DNA of 64,000 nt, taken from assembly GCA_964360065.1 (NCBI GenBank), contig CAYHTW010000001.1, positions 86,289 to 150,288 on the forward strand, given 5' to 3'. The notes under the pieces were generated by a model, which saw only the letters and a list, made by a program, of their open reading frames with translations, was not told the origin of the DNA and did not search any database. The translations under genes and the position numbers were made by a program. The stretch is from an uncultured Candidatus Saccharibacteria bacterium. Its GTDB lineage: Bacteria > Patescibacteriota > Minisyncoccia > UBA6257 > Colwellbacteraceae. Position 1 is the first letter of the stretch. Every line of letters starts with the position of its first letter. This document shows, piece after piece, positions 22,811-30,502 of the stretch.

Positions 22811-23476
22811 CTAACTTTTAGATTTTTCTGCTTTCAGTCTCTGCCTCAACTTTTTCTCCTTTTTGTAGACTTCAATAACTCCTTTAATCACTATCTGTTT
22901 TAATGGTTCATAGTCTCTATATTTATCTGCCCTACAAAGGGCTTCTAGGTATTTTTCTTTCATATCTCCCTCATATTTAACTTGGGATGGCTTGATGCCA
23001 TATCTCTGTAAGACAAGATTGGTCAGTAAACGAGCAGTTCTTCCATTACCTTGAGAAAAAGGATGTATTGAAACGAATTTATGTTGCGCCCAAACAGCTA
23101 ATTCTATAACATCTGACCACCATTTCTTATACTTAGTACTTTTAAAAGAGCTAAACCTAGGGCGAAGCTGTATTAAGGAACTTCTGTAATCGAAATCTCT
23201 CCAGAAGTTATAAATTTCTTCGTTCACTTTACTTCCCTCAGGAGGTTGAACGCACCTTAACTTTCGGACACCTTGGCCAGTTACTCTGAACTTACCAGCG
23301 ATTTGTGGTTCAGAATCCTTAAGGATCTCTGCGTGTATAGACCTTATGGTGTTAAGAGTTATTTTCTGCCGACTATCAGCTATACTTTTCACTAAGCCAA
23401 TAGCTCTCCAGAGACCAGCTACCTCTTTATCATCAAGTTCTCTTTTAGTTTTAGGACGAGAGAACTTCTTTGCCAT
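22811..23476 (-). CDS. Fic/Doc family protein (Fido domain)
   Basis: HPFSQGNGRTARLL matches Fic motif HxFx(D/E)GNGRxxR except Q at the acidic position. Confidence 0.85.
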   Translation of the reverse strand: MAKKFSRPKTKRELDDKEVAGLWRAIGLVKSIADSRQKITLNTIRSIHAEILKDSEPQIAGKFRVTGQGVRKLRCVQPPEGSKVNEEIYNFWRDFDYRSSLIQLRPRFSSFKSTKYKKWWSDVIELAVWAQHKFVSIHPFSQGNGRTARLLTNLVLQRYGIKPSQVKYEGDMKEKYLEALCRADKYRDYEPLKQIVIKGVIEVYKKEKKLRQRLKAEKSKS

Positions 23477-23690
23477 ACAAAGCTTTCTCTATCTGTTCAT
23501 TAGTTAGCTTGGTTCCTTCTATTTTAGAAGAATAGTAAAGATGCCCAATCGCAATATCTTGGTTAAATCTGGCCTGCTCTAAAGCAGATAGAGATGGTAA
23601 TTTACCAACCTCACACTCAAGATTAATGAGATGCTCTATCAAGGCCTCATTAGGGGAAACCTTATTTTTTGAAACCATTTTTTTCTTCAT
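23451..23690 (-). CDS. Small ORF carrying Fic inhibitory-helix motif (SSKIEG = [ST]xxxE[GN]); antitoxin-like, or frameshifted N-terminus of the Fic gene
   Basis: Overlaps Fic ORF start by 26 bp in a different frame; motif matches class I Fic antitoxins. Confidence 0.5.
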   Translation of the reverse strand: MKKKMVSKNKVSPNEALIEHLINLECEVGKLPSLSALEQARFNQDIAIGHLYYSSKIEGTKLTNEQIEKALYGKEVLSS

Positions 23691-23854
23691 TTTCGAGGTC
23701 TTTTAAAGAGTTCATAGAACAATCGCTTGTTCTTGCTACAGTAACTATAGCGACTTAGCTTGCTATTGTAAAGTCTAGTAAATAGGCAAAAATAAAGCTC
23801 CTAATCCTCCCGCTTTTTTGAGAACCGACTTTTTAGCTCATCCAAAAAGGTAGA

Positions 23855-23972
23855 AAAGTTATTCTGGTTGATGACGTCTATACCTCGGGCGCCACGATGA
23901 GAGAAGCGGTAAAAGTTTTAAGGAAGAATGGAGTTAAAGAAGTTATGGGGTTGGTAGTGGCGAAGGTTTGAG
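23855..23972 (+). pseudogene. Duplicated 3' fragment of comFC (encodes ..KVILVDDVYTSGATMREAVKVLRKNGVKEVMGLVVAKV*), in-frame stop upstream
   Basis: About 118 bp direct repeat of 22627-22745; last 45 bp identical, upstream part about 88% identical. Confidence 0.7.
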
Positions 23973-23977
23973 AAAGA

Positions 23978-24676
23978 TTACTCAATATTGTCTGACTTTT
24001 GAAGATTATGCTTCATACAAAGCAAACGAACATTTTTTGAAGACAAACTAGTCCCTCCTCTAGAAAATGGTAGGTCGTGGTCAAAGTGAAGATTCTTAGT
24101 CTCTCCACACTTAACACATTTGCCCTCATCTCTTTTCCAGACCTCTCTCTTAACTTCAGATGGGATTAACCGCGTGTACTCAATATGAACTTTTCTTGAG
24201 TCAAGATTTTCTTGCCGATCCGACAATCTTAAGATGAAACGAAATACATTTCGTTTACCATCGTGGACAATTTTGTAATCAATAAGATCAAAATATCCTT
24301 TCAAAGACCATACTCCAGGGAAAATTTTCTCATATACTTTAACTGGCTCTGCTGCATCAGTATTTTCTTTATAACTTTTAGCCGCCTTAATAAAATATCC
24401 ATTCTGAGTTAATTGTCCGCTAGGTAATTTATCTGGCTGGTCTTCTACTTTAGGGTTGTGATTATAAGCCCTCCTAGAAACATCGTGACCCTCGTACTCA
24501 ATAGTTAACCCATCTTCGTGAACTTTATCCTGATAGGGCGCGTTAGATCTCTGAGACATTAATATTACAGAGTAAGCCGGGTTCATTCTAAAGTTCATAC
24601 CACGCTGTAAAGTCTGAACATTCTCAGCGTCACACATTTCTCTATAACTTAATATATCGTTCTGAATTTTATTCAT
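23978..24676 (-). CDS. SRA-like domain fused to HNH endonuclease (candidate modification-dependent type IV restriction enzyme)
   Basis: N-terminal SRA-like motifs (AYSVILMSQ.., EDGLTIEYEGHD, QLTQNGYF, EPVKVY); C-terminal HNH (CVKCGETKNLHFDHDLPFSRGG..N..LLC..HN). Confidence 0.65.
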   Translation of the reverse strand: MNKIQNDILSYREMCDAENVQTLQRGMNFRMNPAYSVILMSQRSNAPYQDKVHEDGLTIEYEGHDVSRRAYNHNPKVEDQPDKLPSGQLTQNGYFIKAAKSYKENTDAAEPVKVYEKIFPGVWSLKGYFDLIDYKIVHDGKRNVFRFILRLSDRQENLDSRKVHIEYTRLIPSEVKREVWKRDEGKCVKCGETKNLHFDHDLPFSRGGTSLSSKNVRLLCMKHNLQKSDNIE

Positions 24677-24691
24677 AAGTTAAAGTATTTA

Positions 24692-27001
24692 TTATTCACT
24701 ACCAGATTCAAGAACTTCTTGGACGACACCTTGTACGCTGTCTCCCTCCTCGGGCGTGATTGGCATGTGACTTTTGTTTGTGCTCTTCGGCAATAGAATT
24801 CTACGCCCATCTTTTTTGTCATACATCTTTATCGTTACATTATCGCCAAGTAGAGCGACAACCCTATTACCTGTGTCTGCCTTTAGTTGCTGGCGGCATA
24901 AAACAAGATCACCATCATTTATACCTGCTAGATTCATTGAGTCACCTTCAGCCCTAAGTACGAAATACTCGAAACCTGGCTTGATTTTCGTTTTCTCTAC
25001 TGAAATGTATTCCTCAATGTTTTCCTGTCCTAATAAAGGATTGCCGCAAGGAGCAGACCCAACGAGTGGTATACGAAGCATATTCAAAGTAATGGGAGAA
25101 AAGACCGGTGCAACAAATTTTTGATAACTCTCCCCCGTTTCAATTCTACTTTTGAAAAACTTTTCTGTCTCTTTATCTACAAAATACACATAGCACCCCT
25201 TCATTCCACGAGTAAGAAGAACGCGATAAGTATTTTTAAGAAGATCAACAAGTTTTTCTCCAGAGCGCTTCACGACACTATCTGCGGATTTTTCTCGTAA
25301 CGCAATCCATGTCTGATTTTCAAAGTTGTAAACAAGATCCGGACCGATAATGACTCCGACATAGTCAAATTCAAATCCTTGAATCGTATAAATACTGCCT
25401 ATCTGATTCACTCCATTTGGATCATTCGGCCACAGCGAGGCCGGCGGAATCCCTGGGGCGAGTTTATAACCGTCTTTGCCTTCCCAGGGCATTTGAAAAT
25501 TGCCGATTTTAACGTCATTTACTAGCGTCCCGTCTGGATTAGGGTTGCTCCATGGCCAGCAAAAACCTGAGACAAGCCGCGCAGAACCTTGTTTCTCATC
25601 GCTTTTTTGTTTTATCTTTACATATAGTTCTTGAGGAGAATCTACAATTTGAAAATCAAACTCTTCTTTCTGGTCCCAAATGACGTTCGCTGTACGTTTG
25701 ATGCCGAGTGTATTATTTACCCAGTTCACAAATGCATCTGACCCGCTACACCGAAATTGCGCTTCTAACTCATAATTATAAACCTCACATCCCAACTTTA
25801 TAGCGGTATCTTTGATAAATTCCGCGGACCCCGTTTCATTAGGACGAACGTTTTGATTGTCATCAATAAAAAACACCCCAATTTTTGATGCCTTTATAAG
25901 CTCCTCAATTTGAGGGGTGTCTGATCGCATTTCTTTTTTTGTAAACCGGTTATTACTCGTCTCTCTTATTCGATGAGCTTCATCAGCAATAAGAACATCT
26001 AGAATATTCTTCTTAGAATTCATATAACTATTAAAATACTTAAATTGAACAGCTCCGCGAACACCAATCTTTTTCCTTAACGTCTCGGTAAATGCTTTCG
26101 ACCCCGTAGCATAGTTAGTGTCATATCCTGCACGCAGCAAATCCGCCATCAGATTAATAGCAATCACCGATTTTCCAGTGCCAGGACCACCACTAATAAT
26201 TACAACTGACTTTTTGTCTTTACCAAGCCCTTGTTTAACAAGGGAAATAACCTTGTCATATACAATAAGCTGTTCATCGAGAAGCACATACTCACTCCTA
26301 TTTTTTATCATCATACTCACATGGTCCATGAGTTTTTTACTCACTTTGTATTCCGTTTTCTCCACTCGTTCGAGTATTGGCAACCCACCTCCCGCTGAAA
26401 GTCTGTCTTTAAGGTATTCACTAAAAATATCTACACCATCCGCGCAAAAAATTGGATTATTTTTTATTTTTTCTGTAAATTTCATTGCTAGAAGCTCATC
26501 ATCCTTTGTAGGAGAATAATTATGAAGATAAGAAGCTGCGTCTAATTTGATAGAGCCTTCACCGTCAAATGCTGGGTGAAGATCTTGTAAATACATCTTA
26601 TATTGCCCGACTTGAACGGATGGATGAAGAACTTCTCTCTTCGCTCCTCCGACCCATGTAGCTACTTCATTCTCTCCATCTGATGCCTCACACTTCTCCC
26701 ATTGTTTAAGCTCAATAATAACTGCCCTATCACTTCCTGATTGATCTCTGCCAGTTATCATACAATCGAGACGCTTGGATGTTTGAGGAAGTTGATATTC
26801 AAGAATCACTCCGTGATCATCCAACCCCGAGTAATCGAACACTTGGGAGACAGCACGAAGAGAATTTCTCCACGACTGCACCTCGTTTGGGGAAGGATAA
26901 TACCTAAAGTACTGGAAGAAAGATTCTCTAAGTTTGTCTCCTATTTCGTTATGAACGGTGTCGTTTAAAAACTGAACGGATGAGCCCGAATAGAGTCTCA
27001 T
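24692..27001 (-). CDS. Three-domain protein: PD-(D/E)xK nuclease + DUF2075-type P-loop ATPase/helicase (Nhi-like) + C-terminal LexA-type S24 autopeptidase domain
   Basis: N-term LDCMITG..AVIIELKQW (D..ExK); Walker A GGPGTGKS, Walker B LIADEAHR; C-term IPLVGSAPCGNPLLG..FVLRAEGDSM..VTIKMY aligns to LexA CTD including cleavage-site region and Ser/Lys dyad. Confidence 0.75.
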   Translation of the reverse strand: MRLYSGSSVQFLNDTVHNEIGDKLRESFFQYFRYYPSPNEVQSWRNSLRAVSQVFDYSGLDDHGVILEYQLPQTSKRLDCMITGRDQSGSDRAVIIELKQWEKCEASDGENEVATWVGGAKREVLHPSVQVGQYKMYLQDLHPAFDGEGSIKLDAASYLHNYSPTKDDELLAMKFTEKIKNNPIFCADGVDIFSEYLKDRLSAGGGLPILERVEKTEYKVSKKLMDHVSMMIKNRSEYVLLDEQLIVYDKVISLVKQGLGKDKKSVVIISGGPGTGKSVIAINLMADLLRAGYDTNYATGSKAFTETLRKKIGVRGAVQFKYFNSYMNSKKNILDVLIADEAHRIRETSNNRFTKKEMRSDTPQIEELIKASKIGVFFIDDNQNVRPNETGSAEFIKDTAIKLGCEVYNYELEAQFRCSGSDAFVNWVNNTLGIKRTANVIWDQKEEFDFQIVDSPQELYVKIKQKSDEKQGSARLVSGFCWPWSNPNPDGTLVNDVKIGNFQMPWEGKDGYKLAPGIPPASLWPNDPNGVNQIGSIYTIQGFEFDYVGVIIGPDLVYNFENQTWIALREKSADSVVKRSGEKLVDLLKNTYRVLLTRGMKGCYVYFVDKETEKFFKSRIETGESYQKFVAPVFSPITLNMLRIPLVGSAPCGNPLLGQENIEEYISVEKTKIKPGFEYFVLRAEGDSMNLAGINDGDLVLCRQQLKADTGNRVVALLGDNVTIKMYDKKDGRRILLPKSTNKSHMPITPEEGDSVQGVVQEVLESGSE

Positions 27002-27003
27002 AA

Positions 27004-27351
27004 TTAGAGTTTATTATATTTCGTATGTTTCCCTTTGGCTTTTTCAACTGGATACTTATCTTCATTCTTTTTAATTTTTTTATCCAGCGCATCCAAGACA
27101 TTAATATCCAAGTCGTGACTCATAAGTAAAACCCAATACAAAACATCCGCTAGTTCTTCTCCAATTTCATCTTTATGGGTCCTAACATACTCTTCTATCT
27201 CCTCCTTACTCTTCCATTGGAAATGTTCCATTACTTCTCCAGCTTCGAGCACTAGTGACAACGCAACATCCTTAGGATTATGGAATTGTTTCCAATCCCG
27301 CGCATCTCGGAAAGCAATTATTCTTTTAAGTAGATCATTAATTTTTGGCAT
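27004..27351 (-). CDS. MazG-like nucleoside triphosphate pyrophosphohydrolase (small all-alpha NTP-PPase)
   Basis: EAGEVMEHFQWK ... EEIGEELADVLYWVL MazG signature; stop 3 bp before the start of the 769-aa gene (operon). Confidence 0.75.
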   Translation of the reverse strand: MPKINDLLKRIIAFRDARDWKQFHNPKDVALSLVLEAGEVMEHFQWKSKEEIEEYVRTHKDEIGEELADVLYWVLLMSHDLDINVLDALDKKIKKNEDKYPVEKAKGKHTKYNKL

Positions 27352-27438
27352 TTAATTGAACTAATTATGCCCCACTAAATAAGAATAGAGAAGGCTTAGT
27401 CCTAATATAGAGGCAGCTTTAGTGTTTTTGTATTGGAT

Positions 27439-27963
27439 CTAGCCAAGATCCGTGAATCCGAGAGCTTCAAAAAGCTCAATAATAACTCTTTCTCCGCCAA
27501 CTTGCGTATGTATATTTGCGATGCCAAAGTGATCACAGACATTCGGTATTTTATCTTTCAAACGATTAGCTTGTAGAGGAAGCTGATGTGGTTTTTCACA
27601 AGTCACAATAACTGACACTTCCAATAAAGCGTCCGCAATAAGATATGGATCTGCTTGTTCATATTCGCTATCAGGATCTATAATCTTTGGAAAAGCTATA
27701 ACAACTTCAGCAGCTTTACTTTCCACGATAGTACCGGAAACTTTTACAATTTTCTTTTTTATGCTTTTAATCCAATTATGAGTGAAATCGTCTTTTCTAC
27801 TGAGTTCATTGTAAACTTTATCAAGAACAAATAACTTTCCTTCCTCTGCCGCACGCTCAATCTTTTCCCATACTTTCGGGAAGAGGTGGATAGGATAAGT
27901 CTTGCTGATTTGAAGCATCGCACTCGTATCGAGAGAGTATTTTTTACTTTCTGTTTGGCTCAT
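27439..27963 (-). CDS. DUF4411-like PIN-fold protein (partner of ImmA/IrrE peptidase)
   Basis: 174 aa, N-terminal YSLDTS acidic start typical of PIN-like folds; 4-bp overlap with upstream HTH-peptidase gene. Confidence 0.5.
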   Translation of the reverse strand: MSQTESKKYSLDTSAMLQISKTYPIHLFPKVWEKIERAAEEGKLFVLDKVYNELSRKDDFTHNWIKSIKKKIVKVSGTIVESKAAEVVIAFPKIIDPDSEYEQADPYLIADALLEVSVIVTCEKPHQLPLQANRLKDKIPNVCDHFGIANIHTQVGGERVIIELFEALGFTDLG

Positions 27964-29198
27964 TGTTGATGAGATGGAGGCTTTATTTGCGCATAGTGCT
28001 GATTTGTTTTATCGATAACTTTCTCTAAACCAGCAAGTTTAACGTTAAGAAAAGTCACTAGCTCGTTGGTGGATATGACTCCTTTTGCGGCAGCGGCGAA
28101 AGCTTTCTGACTTAAGTCGTAACTACTACTTTTAACTATGTCTCGGTAGTAGTCGGGAACAAATTTTTGTCCTTTTTCTTCCGCTTTTTTCCTTTTTCTT
28201 AGTTCTTCTCGCTCATACCATTTCTGCAACTCTACCCTCTTCATTTCATACTCTCTTTCGGACATATAGCCATGATTAACAAATTTTCTATAAATCACTT
28301 CACCACTGACCTTATATAGGTAAACAAGATTAGTTACTAATCTATCATCTTTAGTAACAAGATATTTTTTGACATATTCATTACCCAAAAAATCTTCGTT
28401 CGGTACTAAGAAAGATCCAGCAAATTCATTTGCTTTTATTTCAATTAACTTATGAGCAAGCTTTTCTCCTTTAGAAAATACTAAAGAATCTATGTCTTTT
28501 TGTGACAAAAGTAAGTGATAAAACTCATGAAATAGAGTAAAAATCCTTCCTCGAATAGCATCCCCCGCATTTAGAACGATAACCGGAGGAAGGCTGTCTT
28601 CTCTTAAGCAAAATCCCCTAATCTCTTGTTTGGGAAATGGAAGCTGAAAAACAGGTATTCCGCTGCCTTCAATAATATCAATCCATCTATTAAAGGCGAA
28701 TCCTTCACTCTTCCATCCCTTTTGTTCTTCAATGCTTATATTAAGATATTTTCTAAACTCGCCTGCTAGTTCGGTTGGATTGGAATTAAAACTTATTGGT
28801 TTTAACTTAACAAACTCGCTCTTTGTGACTTCGAGAAGATAGGCATAAAACTTCCTATTCCTTTGAGCTTTCCTGATAGCTAATCTAACCTTTGGGGAGA
28901 GTGTCTCGACATTGACGCTATCGAGGGTTCTAAAATCCCTTGGGATAGGATTTATGGTTGGTGGGTTATTAAGAAAAAAGAAGCTTAACGTCCTCTTTTC
29001 TGTTTTAGCTAGCTTCTTAAGATCACTGATTTTTACTTCTGAATCTACGTCTTCCCATTTTCTAAGTTCTTCGATATCAATTTTGGATTTCTCACTCACG
29101 GCTTCGATAGAAAGACCAATAGACTCTCTGGCCCATTTCATGATGGCTTTCTTTACTACAATTTTATTTTTTGGTTTTTCTTTTTTGAGACTTATCAT
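27960..29198 (-). CDS. HTH (XRE-type) + ImmA/IrrE family zinc metallopeptidase
   Basis: N-terminal HTH, HExxH motif FTLFHEFYHLLL. Confidence 0.8.
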   Translation of the reverse strand: MISLKKEKPKNKIVVKKAIMKWARESIGLSIEAVSEKSKIDIEELRKWEDVDSEVKISDLKKLAKTEKRTLSFFFLNNPPTINPIPRDFRTLDSVNVETLSPKVRLAIRKAQRNRKFYAYLLEVTKSEFVKLKPISFNSNPTELAGEFRKYLNISIEEQKGWKSEGFAFNRWIDIIEGSGIPVFQLPFPKQEIRGFCLREDSLPPVIVLNAGDAIRGRIFTLFHEFYHLLLSQKDIDSLVFSKGEKLAHKLIEIKANEFAGSFLVPNEDFLGNEYVKKYLVTKDDRLVTNLVYLYKVSGEVIYRKFVNHGYMSEREYEMKRVELQKWYEREELRKRKKAEEKGQKFVPDYYRDIVKSSSYDLSQKAFAAAAKGVISTNELVTFLNVKLAGLEKVIDKTNQHYAQIKPPSHQQ

Positions 29199-29252
29199 AA
29201 ATTATTTCCAAAAAGAATTAATTAAAACTCTTAAATGCTCTCATTTTTGCAT

Positions 29253-29342
29253 TGGCGGAAGCGGGAGGATTTGAACCTCCGATACCCTTTCGGGTATACC
29301 ACATTTCGAGTGTGGCGCCTTCAACCACTCAGCCACGCTTCC
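29253..29342 (-). tRNA. tRNA-Ser (anticodon CGA), 90 nt, CCA encoded
   Basis: Manual fold: GGAAGCG acceptor, anticodon arm CCACA-CTCGAAA-TGTGG, long variable arm, T arm GGAGG-TTCAAAT-CCTCC, 3' CGCTTCC-G-CCA. Confidence 0.9.
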
Positions 29343-29371
29343 TTATTCTATTGTAATGGACTCCTTCAACC

Positions 29372-29407
29372 CCTGCCTGCCGGCAGGCAGGACTCAGCCA
29401 CGCTTCC
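29372..29407. repeat. 20-bp perfect palindrome CCTGCCTGCCGGCAGGCAGG followed by a 17-bp duplicate of the tRNA-Ser 5' end (ACTCAGCCACGCTTCCT)
   Basis: Second copy of the tRNA 5' acceptor/D-arm segment located about 50 bp upstream of the tRNA. Confidence 0.6.
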
Positions 29408-29476
29408 TTTTGGGTTTGTTAGAGCTTAGCCCGAAGGCTGGATAATCTCAAGATTAGCAATAAGGTGTCTGAATAA

Positions 29477-29515
29477 TTTCAGTATACTATAGTACTGATC
29501 AGCACTATAGTATAC
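29477..29515. repeat. Near-perfect 18-bp inverted repeat CAGTATACTATAGTACTG-atc-AGCACTATAGTATACTG
   Basis: Located between the dsbB stop and tRNA-Ser; possible terminator or protein binding site. Confidence 0.5.
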
Positions 29516-29526
29516 TGGTTGTAATT

Positions 29527-30072
29527 TTAAGAGTGAGAGCGATTATAGATCTTCTGAAGATATAGAAAACCGATAAGCAGAGCAAAGGCTGTCAGCGACA
29601 TCACGGGAATAGTTACATAACCGAATTCATTGATGTAATTTTTAAGACACAAAGAAATAGCTTCCGAGTTCGCATCACAGTCAAAGAGTGGTGTGCCGCC
29701 GTAGTAGATATAGTTGTGGTAAAAGGCAAAAGCTGCCCCAAGCCAAGCGAGTGGAATGGCATAATCAACGATTTTTCTATCCCCCTTCCACCAAGCTAAA
29801 CCTAGAAGCACTACTTGCGGATATATAAATATCCTTTGGAACCAGCAGAGATCGCAGGCGGCGTATCCTGCGTAATAAGAATAAAAAAGTGAAGTTACGG
29901 TCGCGCCGAGAGCAACAAAGAAAGCGAACTTGATTCCGTGCTTGCCGAAGAAATCTACGACTGCATCATTAGGCTGCTTGAGAAAAAAATAATAAATAAC
30001 TCCCGTAACAATGAAAACATCGCTAAGGACGATTAGAGAGGCGAAAAACTTATTAATTAGAATCAGAAACAT
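29527..30072 (-). CDS. dsbB: Disulfide bond formation protein B (DsbB/BdbC-like)
   Basis: CDLCWFQR motif, 4 TM helices. Confidence 0.75.
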   Translation of the reverse strand: MFLILINKFFASLIVLSDVFIVTGVIYYFFLKQPNDAVVDFFGKHGIKFAFFVALGATVTSLFYSYYAGYAACDLCWFQRIFIYPQVVLLGLAWWKGDRKIVDYAIPLAWLGAAFAFYHNYIYYGGTPLFDCDANSEAISLCLKNYINEFGYVTIPVMSLTAFALLIGFLYLQKIYNRSHS

Positions 30073-30461
30073 TAAGGTTGTTTAGGCATTTCGCATCCGG
30101 TCTTCTCGGCCAAGTATTGTGGCGTTTTCTCGCCCGTTTCTATGCTTCCATCGGGATAAACCCAAGTTGGGTAACTTTTAACTCCTTTTTCAACGCACAG
30201 AGCTACTTGGGAGTTGCCGTCTGGGGTAGAACATTCCACGTAGGGCAGTAGCTTAGCCGAAGAGCCGAAAGCCGCTTTTTGAGTCTGACAATGAGGACAC
30301 CAGAAGGCGCCATAAAAAATTGTTCCGCTGTCTTTAATACATTGGGCCAGAGGGTCTAACGGTCCCGGACCTCTCTCCCTATTTAATAGATAGATTGTGC
30401 TGCCGAGGATGACGAACCCTACCAAAGAAACTATTATTACTTGTCTAGTTTTTGATTCCAC
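30072..30461 (-). CDS. Thioredoxin-fold thiol-disulfide oxidoreductase (DsbA/BdbA-like), membrane anchored
   Basis: FWCPHCQ CxxC motif after N-terminal TM. Confidence 0.7.
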   Translation of the reverse strand: MESKTRQVIIVSLVGFVILGSTIYLLNRERGPGPLDPLAQCIKDSGTIFYGAFWCPHCQTQKAAFGSSAKLLPYVECSTPDGNSQVALCVEKGVKSYPTWVYPDGSIETGEKTPQYLAEKTGCEMPKQP

Positions 30462-30502
30462 AGAGATATATTACAAACCCGCCGCTTAAATTACAAACTC
30501 CA

